Assembly: GCA_965223795.1 (NCBI GenBank)
Contig: CBDCXL010000001.1
Span: forward strand, 32,001 to 96,000
DNA from: Nitrospinales bacterium
GTDB taxonomy: Bacteria; Nitrospinota; Nitrospinia; Nitrospinales; VA-1
Length of the DNA: 64,000 bases
Reading direction: 5' to 3'
The translations under genes and the position numbers were made by a program. Within the stretch, counting starts at the first letter, position 1; each line of letters starts with the position of its first letter. Shown here piece after piece: positions 1 to 16,249 of the stretch. Below the pieces are notes generated by a model. That model saw only the letters and a program-made list of their open reading frames with translations. It had not been told where the DNA came from and ran no database searches.

Positions 1-1444
1 CCTTGCCCAGCACTTCGCGGCCCTCGTGGTCGACGCGCACGGTGACCTCGCCCTGGGCGTCCTTGCCGCGGGTCTTGGACATCACCTGGTAATCGAGCAG
101 CTTGCAGGACAGTCCGGTGATCTTGTCGATGGCGTTGTAGATCGAGTCCACCGGCCCGTCGCCCTGGGCGGTGGCGGTGTGCGTCTTGCCGTCGCGGCTG
201 ACCAGCACCACCGAGCCTTCCGGTACGGCGCCGGTCTCGAAACCGCTGGTGATCTTCTCCAGCCGGTAGGTGTTGAGCGATTCCTCGGTCCAGCGCTGCT
301 TCTGGATCAGCGTCAGGATGTCGTCCTCAAAAATGTCCTTCTTCTCGTCGGCGAGGATCTTGAAATCCTTGAACACCGCGTCCAGCTCCTCCTGGGTCAG
401 CTCATAGCCCAGTTCCCGGCAGGTGTGGTCCAGGGCGTTGCGGCCGCTGTGCTTGCCCATCACCAGCTCCGACTCCTCGACGCCGACGTCCTTGGGGTCC
501 ATGATCTCGAAGGTGTCCTTCTTTTTCAAAAACCCGTGCTGATGGATGCCCGATTCGTGCGCGAAGGCGTTCTTGCCGACGATCGCCTTGTTGCGCTGCA
601 CGAAAAAGCCGGTGAGGCTGCTCACCAGCTTGCTGCAGGCCTGGATGTGGCGGGTCTCGACGCGCGATTCGACGCCGAAGAAGTCCCTGCGCGTCTTGAG
701 CGCCATCACGATCTCTTCCATCGCCGCATTGCCCGCGCGCTCGCCGATGCCGTTGATGGTGCACTCCACCTGCCGCGCGCCCGCCTGCACCGCCGCCAGC
801 GAGTTGGCCACGGCGAGGCCGAGGTCGTTGTGGCAGTGCACGCTGATCACGGCGCGGTCGATGCCGCGCACGTTTTCCTTGATATGGCCGATCAGGCTGG
901 AAAACTCGCCGGGCACGGTGTAGCCCACCGTGTCGGGGATGTTGACCGTCGTGGCGCCCGCGTCGATCACCGCTTCCAGCACCTGGGAGAGGAAATCCCG
1001 CTCGGTGCGCGAGGCGTCCATCGGCGAGAACTCGATGTCGCCGCAGAACTTTTTGCCGAACCGCACCGACTTGACCGCCATGTCGATGATCTCTTCCTTG
1101 GCCTTCTGCACCATGTGGACGCGGTGGGTCTTGGAGGTCGAGAGAAAAATATGGATGCGCGGCGCTTCCGCCTTTTCGAGGGCGCGCGCCGTGGCCTCGA
1201 TGTCTTTCTCCAGCGCCCGCGCCAGCCCCGCGACGCTGGAGCCCTTGATCTCCTCCGCGATCTGCCGGACCGATTCGAAATCCCCGGGAGATGCCGCCGG
1301 AAAGCCCGCTTCGATCACGTCCACCTTCAGCAGAGACAGTTGCCGGGCGATCTCAAGTTTTTCCTTGATGTTCAGACTCGCGCCGGGACACTGTTCTCCG
1401 TCTCGTAAGGTGGTGTCGAAGATGATGAGCTTTTCCGATGTCAT
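1..1444 (-). CDS. leuA: 2-isopropylmalate synthase (3' end runs off the window)
   Basis: Manual translation: MTSEKLIIFDTTLRDGEQ..., HCHNDLG, GIGERAGN, HESGIHQHG, regulatory-domain GDGPVD. GAGGAG RBS upstream. Absent from the ORF track because there is no stop in the window. Confidence 0.95.
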   Translation of the reverse strand, partial: MTSEKLIIFDTTLRDGEQCPGASLNIKEKLEIARQLSLLKVDVIEAGFPAASPGDFESVRQIAEEIKGSSVAGLARALEKDIEATARALEKAEAPRIHIFLSTSKTHRVHMVQKAKEEIIDMAVKSVRFGKKFCGDIEFSPMDASRTERDFLSQVLEAVIDAGATTVNIPDTVGYTVPGEFSSLIGHIKENVRGIDRAVISVHCHNDLGLAVANSLAAVQAGARQVECTINGIGERAGNAAMEEIVMALKTRRDFFGVESRVETRHIQACSKLVSSLTGFFVQRNKAIVGKNAFAHESGIHQHGFLKKKDTFEIMDPKDVGVEESELVMGKHSGRNALDHTCRELGYELTQEELDAVFKDFKILADEKKDIFEDDILTLIQKQRWTEESLNTYRLEKITSGFETGAVPEGSVVLVSRDGKTHTATAQGDGPVDSIYNAIDKITGLSCKLLDYQVMSKTRGKDAQGEVTVRVDHEGREVLGK

Positions 1445-1613
1445 GATTTTGTTACTCCTCAGTTGAGTGTTGTCATTGGCACGCTCGCGTGCCTGGGGTC
1501 GATCGATCCAAACCAGTCATGGGATGGTGGCTCCTTTGATGAGTGACGTTCTTTCTCAATAATATGGAACGATTTATTATAAACCGAAAGGCCGGGGCTA
1601 AAACAGCGGGGAA

Positions 1614-2255
1614 TCAGTGGATCGCCGATTCCACCCGGTAGCCCGCCTTCTCGATGGCCGCGACCAGGGGGGCGGTGTCGCATAGGTCCAGGCGGAACAG
1701 GTACACCTGCCGGTCCTTCTTGGTGGGATGGGGAGACATGCCGACGCTGATGATGTTGACGTCGTGATTCTGGATGATCTCCGACACCGCGTCGAGGTTT
1801 TCCGGGTGTTTCTCCATTTCCACGTCGATTCTGGAACTGGAGTGGATGAGCCCCATCAAATCCACGAACAGGCCGAGGATGTCCATGATGGAAACGATGC
1901 CCACGACGCTGTCTCCGTGCACCACGGGAAGGGCGCCGATCTTGTTTTTGTAGATCAGGAGGGCCGCGTCTTCGATGTTGGTTTCGGGCGTCACGGTCAG
2001 CGGCGTCCGCGTCATGTAGGTTTGCACCATCATTTCGCGGGGGCGAAGCGGCGGCGTGACGCCGTTTTCGTCCGAACCGGGGTCGACGAACGCACCGCGG
2101 ATGTCGCTTTCGGTGATGATGCCGAGCAGGTTCCCGTCCTCCACCACGGGAAGATGGCGGATGCCGTGGTTCACCATCAACTGCTGGGCGCGCTGCAGCG
2201 ATTCGTCCTGCTGGATCGTGATGAGCTCTTTCACCATCACTTCTTCGACGATCAT
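1614..2255 (-). CDS. CBS-pair plus ACT domain protein (AcuB-like)
   Basis: Two CBS repeats (IRHLPVV/GIITESDIR and KIGALPVV/GIVS) and a C-terminal ACT-like segment (HDVNIISV). Confidence 0.85.
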   Translation of the reverse strand: MIVEEVMVKELITIQQDESLQRAQQLMVNHGIRHLPVVEDGNLLGIITESDIRGAFVDPGSDENGVTPPLRPREMMVQTYMTRTPLTVTPETNIEDAALLIYKNKIGALPVVHGDSVVGIVSIMDILGLFVDLMGLIHSSSRIDVEMEKHPENLDAVSEIIQNHDVNIISVGMSPHPTKKDRQVYLFRLDLCDTAPLVAAIEKAGYRVESAIH

Positions 2256-2665
2256 TTCCCGTCTCCCAAGCCGGAAAAGGGCGGCGGACCCGGTTTTTTC
2301 ACCCCATGCCGCCGCATGAAAACCTGTTTCTAAGAAATCGACCGGATTTCCGCATGGTGGATTCCGGCACCCACCTTTTTACCAGATTTTCGCAAGAGAT
2401 GACAGAGCTTTGCGGGCCTGCCCGCGCAAAACCCCTGCCAGAGCGGATTTGCCCGAGAGGGCCGAAAATCTCCCGGCCCTGGACAGCCGCGGACAGGGCT
2501 TAAAAACCATTGCATTTTGGGGTGGGGATGGGCTAGAGTGGTTGCCACCGGAGCCAGAAATCATAAATTATGTATTATTTGTTGTGTAGATAAAGTACTC
2601 TGTTTTGGGGGTTCCACATCTTCCACTGAAATGAATTTGCAATTATTTCGAGGGTTTACCATCTA

Positions 2666-2681
2666 AGGCATATTAATTGCT
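2666..2681 (+). promoter_or_regulatory. Putative sigma54 (-24/-12) promoter of gltBD
   Basis: AGGCATATTAATTGCT has GG-N10-GC spacing and TTGCT, about 110 nt upstream of gltB in an AT-rich intergenic region. Confidence 0.55.
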
Positions 2682-2789
2682 TTTCCCTTGTCTCTAATGA
2701 GCGTTCATTCGCAGCATTCTTCCCAGGGTGCCTGCCAGGCATCCCTTCCGATTCGGGAGCCCGACACGAACACAACCAGTTGATTCCAT

Positions 2790-7328
<4,539 letters not shown>

Positions 7329-7377
7329 AGCGATTCGGCCGAGTTTTAAAGAACAACAAGCAAAGGGTTTTGGATAG

Positions 7378-8844
<1,467 letters not shown>

Positions 8845-8907
8845 TCTCCACCCGTTCCTTCTTTAGAATCCGTATCTGGACACGGATGATCCGAAACGAT
8901 TCCCGAT

Positions 8908-9600
8908 TTACTTTAATGGATTGGCCGCTCCGAACAGGTGCATGCCGATGAGGCGCGCGACCAGGATGGCGAGGTAGAACTGTCCGGCGATCGCTTCCAG
9001 GGAAGAGATCAGCTGCGCGGGCGGCGTCGCCGGGGCGATGTCTCCGTAGCCCAGGGTCGTCAGCGTGGTGTAGCTGTAATAGATGAAAGGCAGGATCATC
9101 CCGTCCCCCTGCGGTCCTGCTTGCGTCAGCCCTGCTGTGATTCCGGCGAACGAGCCGGGCTGTGTGCTTTCCAGCAGCGAATAGATGAACGCCCATTCCA
9201 GCCCGATCAGCATGTAGATGCAGATGGAGCCGAAGATCAGGTTGGCGTTGACCTTGCGGGCGCGCAGGATGCCGAAGAACAGCACGACGAGGATGTAGCC
9301 GAAAAACAGGATGGAGAAGATGTTCTCGATGCCCGGCAGAAATTCCCACAGCTCCGGCGAGAAGGTTTTGCCCCAGTTGACCAGAAACGTGGGCACCGCG
9401 AGGATGATGGCGATGTTCAGCGATTTGCGGGTTTTCTTGAGGAAGGGGACGATGGAAAACAGCAGCACCGCGGTCAGGAACAGGTTGAGGATGATGCGGG
9501 CGTACGGCATGTCGTGAAAAAACGGCACGATGACCAGAAGGGAGACCATGCACAACAGGAGTCCCAGAAATCCGTGTTTGGGCCATTCGAAATGCGCCAT
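8908..9600 (-). CDS. Potassium channel family protein (Ion_trans_2 type)
   Basis: Multiple TM segments and the pore signature TLTTLGYGD. Confidence 0.85.
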   Translation of the reverse strand: MAHFEWPKHGFLGLLLCMVSLLVIVPFFHDMPYARIILNLFLTAVLLFSIVPFLKKTRKSLNIAIILAVPTFLVNWGKTFSPELWEFLPGIENIFSILFFGYILVVLFFGILRARKVNANLIFGSICIYMLIGLEWAFIYSLLESTQPGSFAGITAGLTQAGPQGDGMILPFIYYSYTTLTTLGYGDIAPATPPAQLISSLEAIAGQFYLAILVARLIGMHLFGAANPLK

Positions 9601-9766
9601 GTTTCTATGCCTTGACGGAGTGCGGACTTAACGGCGGTTTGCGGTTTGAAGCCGATGATAGCAGATGCTCCCTGGCCTTGCACCCGAATACTGTATGGTA
9701 TAGTGCACTCAACCGTAAAGCCGACCGTGCGTGTGCCCGGATTCTTTTTCCCGGAGAAATGAGAGT

Positions 9767-10189
9767 TTGAAAGCGCGAGCTGAAACCGAAAGTGCCGTCC
9801 TGTCGACGATGGATCGGGTGTGGAAATGCTGGTCGGACGGCAAATGGGATGACCTGATTGCCTTCTTTGTGCCCGACCCGGACCTCCGGGTGATCGGATC
9901 TGGAGCCGGGGAGATGTTTCTCGGGCCGGAGAACCTCAAGGCCCACTGGAAGGACACGCAGGAGCGAAATCAGGAAATCGTCTCCCTGCAGTATGAGAAT
10001 CCCATCGTTTCCGAGTCGGGAAACGTCGCGTGGTTTTCGGCGGGTCTTAAAATTGAATTTCCCGCTGAGGAAGGCACGCTCAACATCTATATCCGCTGCT
10101 CCACGGTGTTCGAATGCCGGGACGATCGATGGCTGATCGCTCAGATGCATCTGTCCGCGCCCCTTGATATCCGTTTGCCTTCCAAATGA
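9767..10189 (+). CDS. SnoaL/NTF2-like family protein
   Basis: Typical SnoaL_3 pattern (VIGSG...G, VAW, R.STVF...W.IAQMHLS). The TTG start after GGAGA is an estimate, and the ORF is open from 9731. Confidence 0.7.
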   Translation: MKARAETESAVLSTMDRVWKCWSDGKWDDLIAFFVPDPDLRVIGSGAGEMFLGPENLKAHWKDTQERNQEIVSLQYENPIVSESGNVAWFSAGLKIEFPAEEGTLNIYIRCSTVFECRDDRWLIAQMHLSAPLDIRLPSK

Positions 10190-10243
10190 CGGGATGGGAG
10201 CAGGGATGTTGTTCTTTGTTATTGAAGCCGGCCTGAAATTGAC

Positions 10244-11656
10244 ATGCTGAACCACGAACAGATTTCGAGCGGGCACAAGTCCGGACTGTTTTCTCTGGAT
10301 CAGGCGTCGCAGTTCTTGAAAAGCCTGTCGGGTCATCTGGACACGCTTGTCCGCAACCGCTTGTGGCTGCAGGTCATCATCGGGCTTGTCGCCGGGATTG
10401 CCGTCGGCGGTGTGCTGGGCCCCGATCTGGGTATGGTTTCTCCGCAAACCGCCAGCCTCATCAGCGACTGGCTGGCCCTGCCCGGAAAGCTGTTTCTGGG
10501 CCTGATCGGCATGGTGGTCAGTCTGCTGGTGCTCGCCTCCATCGTGACCGGCCTCAGCAAATCGACCGGGGGTGAGCAGCTGAAAACCATCGGCGTCAAA
10601 CTCACCGTGTTCGTGGTTGTCACCACGGCTCTGGCGGCGGGAGTGGGGATCTTTCTGGGGCTTTTGATCGATCCCGGCTCTTACATCGATCTTTCCGCCA
10701 ATGCAAACACCTTTGGGGGCCCGGCGGATGCGGGCGCAAAAAAACAGCCCGTCAACTACAACGTGCCCGAACTGATCGCCGGTCTCATTCCACAGCATCC
10801 CCTGGCCTCGCTCGCTCAAGGTGAAATGCTCGGCATTGTGGTGTTCGCCATTCTCATCGGCATCGCGTGCACCACGGCTCAAAAGGAACGCGTGGCGCCT
10901 TTTTTGAATCTTATGGAATCGCTGCTCGAAGTCTGCATGAAGGTGGTGCAATGGGCCATGTTCCTGGCACCCTGGGCGGTTTTCGGGCTGATGGCGCAAC
11001 TGGTCTCGAAAGTGGGGTTCGACACCATCCTGGGAATGGGGGCCTACGTGCTCACGGTTCTGGCTGGACTGCTGTTGTTGTTGATCGCCTATTTGGTTCT
11101 GGTGGCTGTGCTCGGCGGGATGCGTCCGTGGGAGTTTGCCTCCAAGATCGGCGGGGCGCAGCTGCTGGCTTTTTCCACGTCCAGTTCGGCGGCGGTGATG
11201 CCGTTGACCATAAAAACCGCTGTGGAGAAGCTGAAGGTGCCGGAGCACATCGCCAGTCTGGTGGTTCCTCTGGGGGCCACCGTCAACATGGCGGGAACCG
11301 CGCTCTATCAGGCGGTGGCCATCATCTTTCTGGCCCAGATGTCCGGAGTGGAGTTTTCGGTCGGAGAACTCTCTCTGATCGTCGTCACCCTGGTGGCCTC
11401 GTCGATCGGATCTCCGGGCACACCGGGAGTGGGGCTGGTCATTCTGGGGAATATCGCCGGCGATTTCGGCGTTCCCACGGCCGGGCTGGTCCTCATACTG
11501 GGGGTGGACCGCATCCTCGATATGAGCCGCACCACCGTCAATCTTACGGGGGATCTTGCGGCCTGCGTCATCCTCGGGGCCAAATCTCCGATCGAAGAGA
11601 GGCTGACACCTCTTGAAATCGAGAATACCGAGGTCAAAAACATTCCCGCTTTGTGA
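10244..11656 (+). CDS. Dicarboxylate/amino acid:cation symporter (DAACS, GltP/GltT family)
   Basis: AFSTSSSAA (HP1), PLGATVNMAGTA (NMDGT-like), GVDRILDMSRTTVNLTGD. Confidence 0.92.
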   Translation: MLNHEQISSGHKSGLFSLDQASQFLKSLSGHLDTLVRNRLWLQVIIGLVAGIAVGGVLGPDLGMVSPQTASLISDWLALPGKLFLGLIGMVVSLLVLASIVTGLSKSTGGEQLKTIGVKLTVFVVVTTALAAGVGIFLGLLIDPGSYIDLSANANTFGGPADAGAKKQPVNYNVPELIAGLIPQHPLASLAQGEMLGIVVFAILIGIACTTAQKERVAPFLNLMESLLEVCMKVVQWAMFLAPWAVFGLMAQLVSKVGFDTILGMGAYVLTVLAGLLLLLIAYLVLVAVLGGMRPWEFASKIGGAQLLAFSTSSSAAVMPLTIKTAVEKLKVPEHIASLVVPLGATVNMAGTALYQAVAIIFLAQMSGVEFSVGELSLIVVTLVASSIGSPGTPGVGLVILGNIAGDFGVPTAGLVLILGVDRILDMSRTTVNLTGDLAACVILGAKSPIEERLTPLEIENTEVKNIPAL

Positions 11657-12082
11657 AAAATCGATTTCCTCAATATTTCAAAAAACAGTTTTTTGTCATT
11701 TTAAAATTCTTTAAACCTGCTGGGCGTCTCTTGGGGCGCCGTCTTTTTTACGGCTTCAGATGCCAATTCTCCCTGTTTTCCGGCATTTCCCCCTATTTTT
11801 CTGAGATTTTTGGCTGCAGCTTGGCTACAATTTCAGCGGATCCATTGGCTGGCAGGAGAATGTATAGATGGAAGCTATCCGGTTATCTCCCTTTCAGGGG
11901 AAGGGTGGGAAGAGGAAGTTTATAAAGTATTAAAAATAAAAGCAGGAATGCAACGAAACGAAATCCGTTTTCAGTCCGGCTTTAGGAATCCGCTTCCGGG
12001 AGAAGGTTGCGGATGATAGTCTCCACTGCTTTTTTGCTGGATTGTTATTTTTTTGAGTTGCTCCAGATCGAGGAATGATCAC

Positions 12083-15082
12083 TTGACCTACCGGTCCACA
12101 GAAGATCGTGATCAGGTTCGGCAAATTGTATTGAATGCCAGTGAGCCCATTGCGCCGTTTTGGCCCATGCGGACCATGGTCGCGCAGAACCCCATTCATG
12201 GGTTGGAATATCTGACGTTCGATCAGGCTGTTCGAAAAGGCAAGGATTTGCTTGGTGGAAATGGATACCTCGCAAATGAAAAGTATCGTGAATTTTTCCG
12301 GAACGGCCGTATTGCCAGGGAAAGTTTCGAGCGCGCTTTTGCCAGGATCGGGCCCTGCCCGGATGGGCAAGCTGCTGTTGAATCTGGAATCCGAAAGATT
12401 GCCCCTCAGGATGTATGGCAGTTGCACATGCTGTTTGGCTTTGAGGCATTGCCACTATCGCTGTTGGAATGGGAGTTGAACGGGGGTGGAGCTTTAAAAC
12501 GGTTCCGGCAGGATCTTTCCGGGGAATCGCAAAAAATAATTATTGAACGAACCCTCAAAGAAAATGATCCGCGTCTGGAGAATCCGCAAGAAGTTTATCT
12601 GACGAATTTATGGGAGAGTGTGTTGGCCACATTGAAGCTGTCTGGCAGTCATGCTTCATCTCACGTGCCTGAATATACGCATTTGCAAACGCCTGAACAC
12701 ATTTCCCTGCCGCCGCATCGGACCCTCAGCGACTGGGTTGATGGTTTGACGGACGGTAACGTGGTCGAGCAGATCAATGATCAACTCATCAAATGGGTGA
12801 CGGCGTTCCTGGATGAAGGTTTGGCTGGCTGGGAGATGCCTGGCCGAAAAGAAGGTTTCTACCAGGCATGGCGAAACCTGGCGCAGAAGGATTTTTCGGG
12901 GAAATTTATCGGGATTGCGGATTTCGCGCAAAAGGTTCAGGGCCTTCCTGCAGCTCCCGAGGACGCGATCCGTGCCAGCTTGCAGAAACTCGAAATTCCC
13001 CAGGCACAATGGAAAGATTATCTCTCAAGGCAGCTATCATCCTTGCCAGGCTGGACGCGATACATACGGTGGCTTGGGGAACACCCGACCTACCATGCGC
13101 AACACAAACATCCCGTTGATACCACCCAGTATCTGGCTGTGCGTTTATTCTATGAAGTGGAGTTGACCCGCATTGAGTGCCAAAAAGAATGGGGAATTGA
13201 TGGGACGGTTTCTGCCCTGACTGCATACTGGAATGATCGGCCCGAAGAATACCACCAGCAAACCGGGCATGAAGGGCAATCCGGAGATCCAGCCAGGCAG
13301 ATGATATGTCGGCATGCCTGGCGGTTATTTCATTTGGCGCAGTTTCTTGAGTTGTCCCCAAAAGAGGTTCGCGATCTTTCGCTTGCGGATGCCCGGATGC
13401 TGCTGCAATGGCTGGATCAATTTCCCTCTGATCAGCATGGGCGGATATGGATCGAGGCGTACGAGGATTCCTTTCGAGACAAAATGCTGAGAAATATTTC
13501 AGCCCATTATGGAACGCTGCCGGAATTGGAAACTCGGCCCCATGCACAACTGGTCTTCTGTATCGACGTGCGTTCGGAATCCTTTCGCCGCCATGTTGAA
13601 GCCCAGGATTCCTATGAGACGTTTGGGTTTGCGGGTTTTTTTGGCATTCCAATCAGTCATCAGGCTTTTGATTGCGATCAGCGTACCTTTTTGTGTCCGG
13701 TGTTGTTGACTCCCGACCATGCGGTTACGGAAACACCCCGGCCTGGAGAGAGGGTGGCGCTGGATAAATATTCTTCCGGCACTCGCTGGTCCCAATTGGG
13801 TCGCCATCTTTTTCACGATATGAAGCATCATCCCATTGGGTCGATGATGGTGATCGATGTCCTGGGATTCTTTTTCAGTCTGGGACTGGTGGGCAAGACC
13901 CTGTTTCAAAAATTATTTCGTGCAATGACCTCTACTGTACAGGGTTGGCTGACGCACAGGGTTCCAACCCAGGTCTCCATTGCCGCGCCTTCTGATCCAA
14001 AAAATCCCAAATTCGGGGAAGTGAATGCAGAGGGGGTTCCTGACGGACTTTCCCACGGATTTTCTCTTTCGGAACGGGCGGCATTTATCGAAAATGGTTT
14101 GAGGGCTATGGGTCTCACCAAAAATTTTGCGCGTCTGGTGTGCCTCTGTGGTCATGGCAGTGAGACGGACAACAATCCCTATTATGGCGCGTTGGATTGC
14201 GGAGCTTGCGGGGGAAAACCGGGCGATGCCAATGCGCGGGTGTTTGCCGCTATGGCGAATGAACCGGAAGTCCGCCGCCTTCTCAAGGAAAATGGGTTGC
14301 CGATTCCCGATGACACCTGGTTTCTTCCGGGGAAACACAACACGACGACGGATCGGGTCGAGTTTTACGATCTGGAGGTGATGCCGGATTCGCACAAAGA
14401 TGATTTGCAGGCGTTGAACAGGGATCTCGAAAAAGCAGGTGCGGAGCAGGCGCTTGAGCGATGCCAGCGTATTCCCAGTGCTCCGGCTCAAATATCTCCA
14501 GAGCGGGCTTTTGCTCATGTCGACGGGCGCAGTTGCGATTGGGCGAACACCCGACCGGAATGGGGGCTGGCGGGAAATGGAGCGTTTATCATTGGAAGAC
14601 GCAAACTGACCAGGGGATTGGATTTAGGCGGCCGGGCTTTTTTGCATTCTTATGATCCTGTTGCGGATCTTCAGGGCGCCATCCTTGAAAAAATCATGAC
14701 CGCACCCTTGATTGTCGGCGAGTGGATAAGCACTGGATATTATTTTTCCGCAGTGGATCCGTGGGCGTATGGAAGCGGGAGCAAGGTGCTGCACAATGTT
14801 GTCGGGGGTGTTGGGATGATGCTGGGAAGCCAGAGTGATTTGCAGATGGGATTCCCCTTGCAGACCGTCAATAACGGGGACGCTCACTATCATGAACCGA
14901 TGCGGCTGTTGGCTGTGATCGAGCAGACGCCGAGCACGATTTCATCTGTCATAGAAAAGCACTCGATCCTTCAACAGTTGTTTCACAATCAATGGCTCAA
15001 TCTCATTGCCCTGGATCCCCACAGGGCTGAGTTTCATCGGTACAATCCGAATGCGACGTGGGAAAAGGTTGAAGTTTTATAA
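12083..15082 (+). CDS. dabA: Inorganic carbon transporter catalytic subunit DabA (DUF2309/MpsB family)
   Basis: N-terminal IAPFWP...NP, Zn-ligand motifs FCIDVRSE, CGHGS and LDCGACGG, plus RPEWGLA, FLHSYD and HEPMRL. TTG start 8 nt after GAGGA (ORF open from 12053). Confidence 0.93.
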   Translation: MTYRSTEDRDQVRQIVLNASEPIAPFWPMRTMVAQNPIHGLEYLTFDQAVRKGKDLLGGNGYLANEKYREFFRNGRIARESFERAFARIGPCPDGQAAVESGIRKIAPQDVWQLHMLFGFEALPLSLLEWELNGGGALKRFRQDLSGESQKIIIERTLKENDPRLENPQEVYLTNLWESVLATLKLSGSHASSHVPEYTHLQTPEHISLPPHRTLSDWVDGLTDGNVVEQINDQLIKWVTAFLDEGLAGWEMPGRKEGFYQAWRNLAQKDFSGKFIGIADFAQKVQGLPAAPEDAIRASLQKLEIPQAQWKDYLSRQLSSLPGWTRYIRWLGEHPTYHAQHKHPVDTTQYLAVRLFYEVELTRIECQKEWGIDGTVSALTAYWNDRPEEYHQQTGHEGQSGDPARQMICRHAWRLFHLAQFLELSPKEVRDLSLADARMLLQWLDQFPSDQHGRIWIEAYEDSFRDKMLRNISAHYGTLPELETRPHAQLVFCIDVRSESFRRHVEAQDSYETFGFAGFFGIPISHQAFDCDQRTFLCPVLLTPDHAVTETPRPGERVALDKYSSGTRWSQLGRHLFHDMKHHPIGSMMVIDVLGFFFSLGLVGKTLFQKLFRAMTSTVQGWLTHRVPTQVSIAAPSDPKNPKFGEVNAEGVPDGLSHGFSLSERAAFIENGLRAMGLTKNFARLVCLCGHGSETDNNPYYGALDCGACGGKPGDANARVFAAMANEPEVRRLLKENGLPIPDDTWFLPGKHNTTTDRVEFYDLEVMPDSHKDDLQALNRDLEKAGAEQALERCQRIPSAPAQISPERAFAHVDGRSCDWANTRPEWGLAGNGAFIIGRRKLTRGLDLGGRAFLHSYDPVADLQGAILEKIMTAPLIVGEWISTGYYFSAVDPWAYGSGSKVLHNVVGGVGMMLGSQSDLQMGFPLQTVNNGDAHYHEPMRLLAVIEQTPSTISSVIEKHSILQQLFHNQWLNLIALDPHRAEFHRYNPNATWEKVEVL

Positions 15083-15178
15083 AAATTCGAGTGTTTCATT
15101 CTTGCTCTCAGGCTGGTTTTTTAGCGCAATGATTGAAGATGCTGAAACCGCAAAGTTGAATTCGTATTTGATGATTTT

Positions 15179-15685
15179 ATGACGATCCGATCTAGACCCA
15201 TTTCACCGGCATTCCTGTTTTTAAAAGCCATGGCTTTGTTTTTGTTTTGGGTCCTGCTTTCTGCCAGCTTTGATTGGATTCACCTTGTATTGGGGTTTGT
15301 TGTCTCTTTGGCTGTGGCCTGGATCAACTCCGGTCATTCCTATTTTGTTCCGAGATTTCGTTTGTGGCTGAGAATCCTTCTTTATCTTCCATGGCTATTT
15401 TTTAAAATCGTTCAAAGCAGCCTTCATTTATCCAAGCTTATTTTGCATCCTGCGCTTCCCATTTCCCCTCAGTTGATTTCCGTGGAAACAAAACTGCGTC
15501 ATCACGGAGCCGTTGTTCTTCTCGGGAATTCCATTACCTTGACCCCCGGAACGATCACCGCAGAGGTTGACCGAAATAAGCTCATTGTTCATGCGATAGA
15601 TACATTTTCAAGCGAAGATCTTGCAAGCAGGGAGATGGAAATGAAAATTGCCGATATATTCAAGGATGAAGATCCGGATTTATGA
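15179..15685 (+). CDS. mnhE: Na+/H+ antiporter subunit E (MrpE/MbhA-like)
   Basis: NSITLTPGT motif followed by LIVHA. Confidence 0.92.
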   Translation: MTIRSRPISPAFLFLKAMALFLFWVLLSASFDWIHLVLGFVVSLAVAWINSGHSYFVPRFRLWLRILLYLPWLFFKIVQSSLHLSKLILHPALPISPQLISVETKLRHHGAVVLLGNSITLTPGTITAEVDRNKLIVHAIDTFSSEDLASREMEMKIADIFKDEDPDL

Positions 15686-15948
15686 AAACTTTTCTTCTTT
15701 TTGTTCTGGTTTTGCTGGCTCTTCTCATTGGTGCGTATCTGTACCGTGTTCTGCGGGGTCCCACAATTTTTGATCGTGTGTTGGGGCTCAATGGAATTTC
15801 CACAAAAGCAATCATTATGCTCATTGTCATCGGACTCTATTTTGAACGCGTCGATATGTTCATAGATATCTCGACGGGATATGCCCTGCTCAATTCAGTC
15901 GGAGCGCTTGCCGTGGCCAAATATTTAGAGCAAAAGGGGCTTCATTAG
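15682..15948 (+). CDS. mnhF: Na+/H+ antiporter subunit F (MrpF/MbhB-like)
   Basis: YRVLRGPTIFDRV, three TM segments, ATGA overlap with mnhE. Confidence 0.9.
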   Translation: MKTFLLFVLVLLALLIGAYLYRVLRGPTIFDRVLGLNGISTKAIIMLIVIGLYFERVDMFIDISTGYALLNSVGALAVAKYLEQKGLH

Positions 15949-15949
15949 C

Positions 15950-16249
15950 ATGGACATACTTTCAATTGGTTTTATAGCGGCGGGGTTATTTTTTCTGATC
16001 GTTGCTGCGATTGGCGTGGTTCGATTGCCCGATGTGTTCAGCCGTTCTCATGCCGTATCCCTGACCGACTCTCTGGGGACCTTTTTGATGCTGGTGGGAA
16101 TCGCCTTGCACGAGGGATTGGATAAAAACACGATGAAAATTCTGGCGGTGCTGGCCTTGCTGTATATTCTGAATCCGGTCATTTCGCATGCCGCACTGCG
16201 TGCGGCTATCCGGTCCGGGTTGAAACCCTGGAAAAAGGAAACCTCATGA
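15950..16249 (+). CDS. mnhG: Na+/H+ antiporter subunit G (MrpG/MbhC-like)
   Basis: GVVRLPDVFSRSHA...NPVISH. Confidence 0.9.
   Translation: MDILSIGFIAAGLFFLIVAAIGVVRLPDVFSRSHAVSLTDSLGTFLMLVGIALHEGLDKNTMKILAVLALLYILNPVISHAALRAAIRSGLKPWKKETS

Noticed and set aside
1476..1493. Sigma54 promoter in the leuA leader (TGGCACG...TGC)
   Set aside because: GG-to-GC spacing is 11 rather than 10 on both strands. It is better explained as a hairpin.
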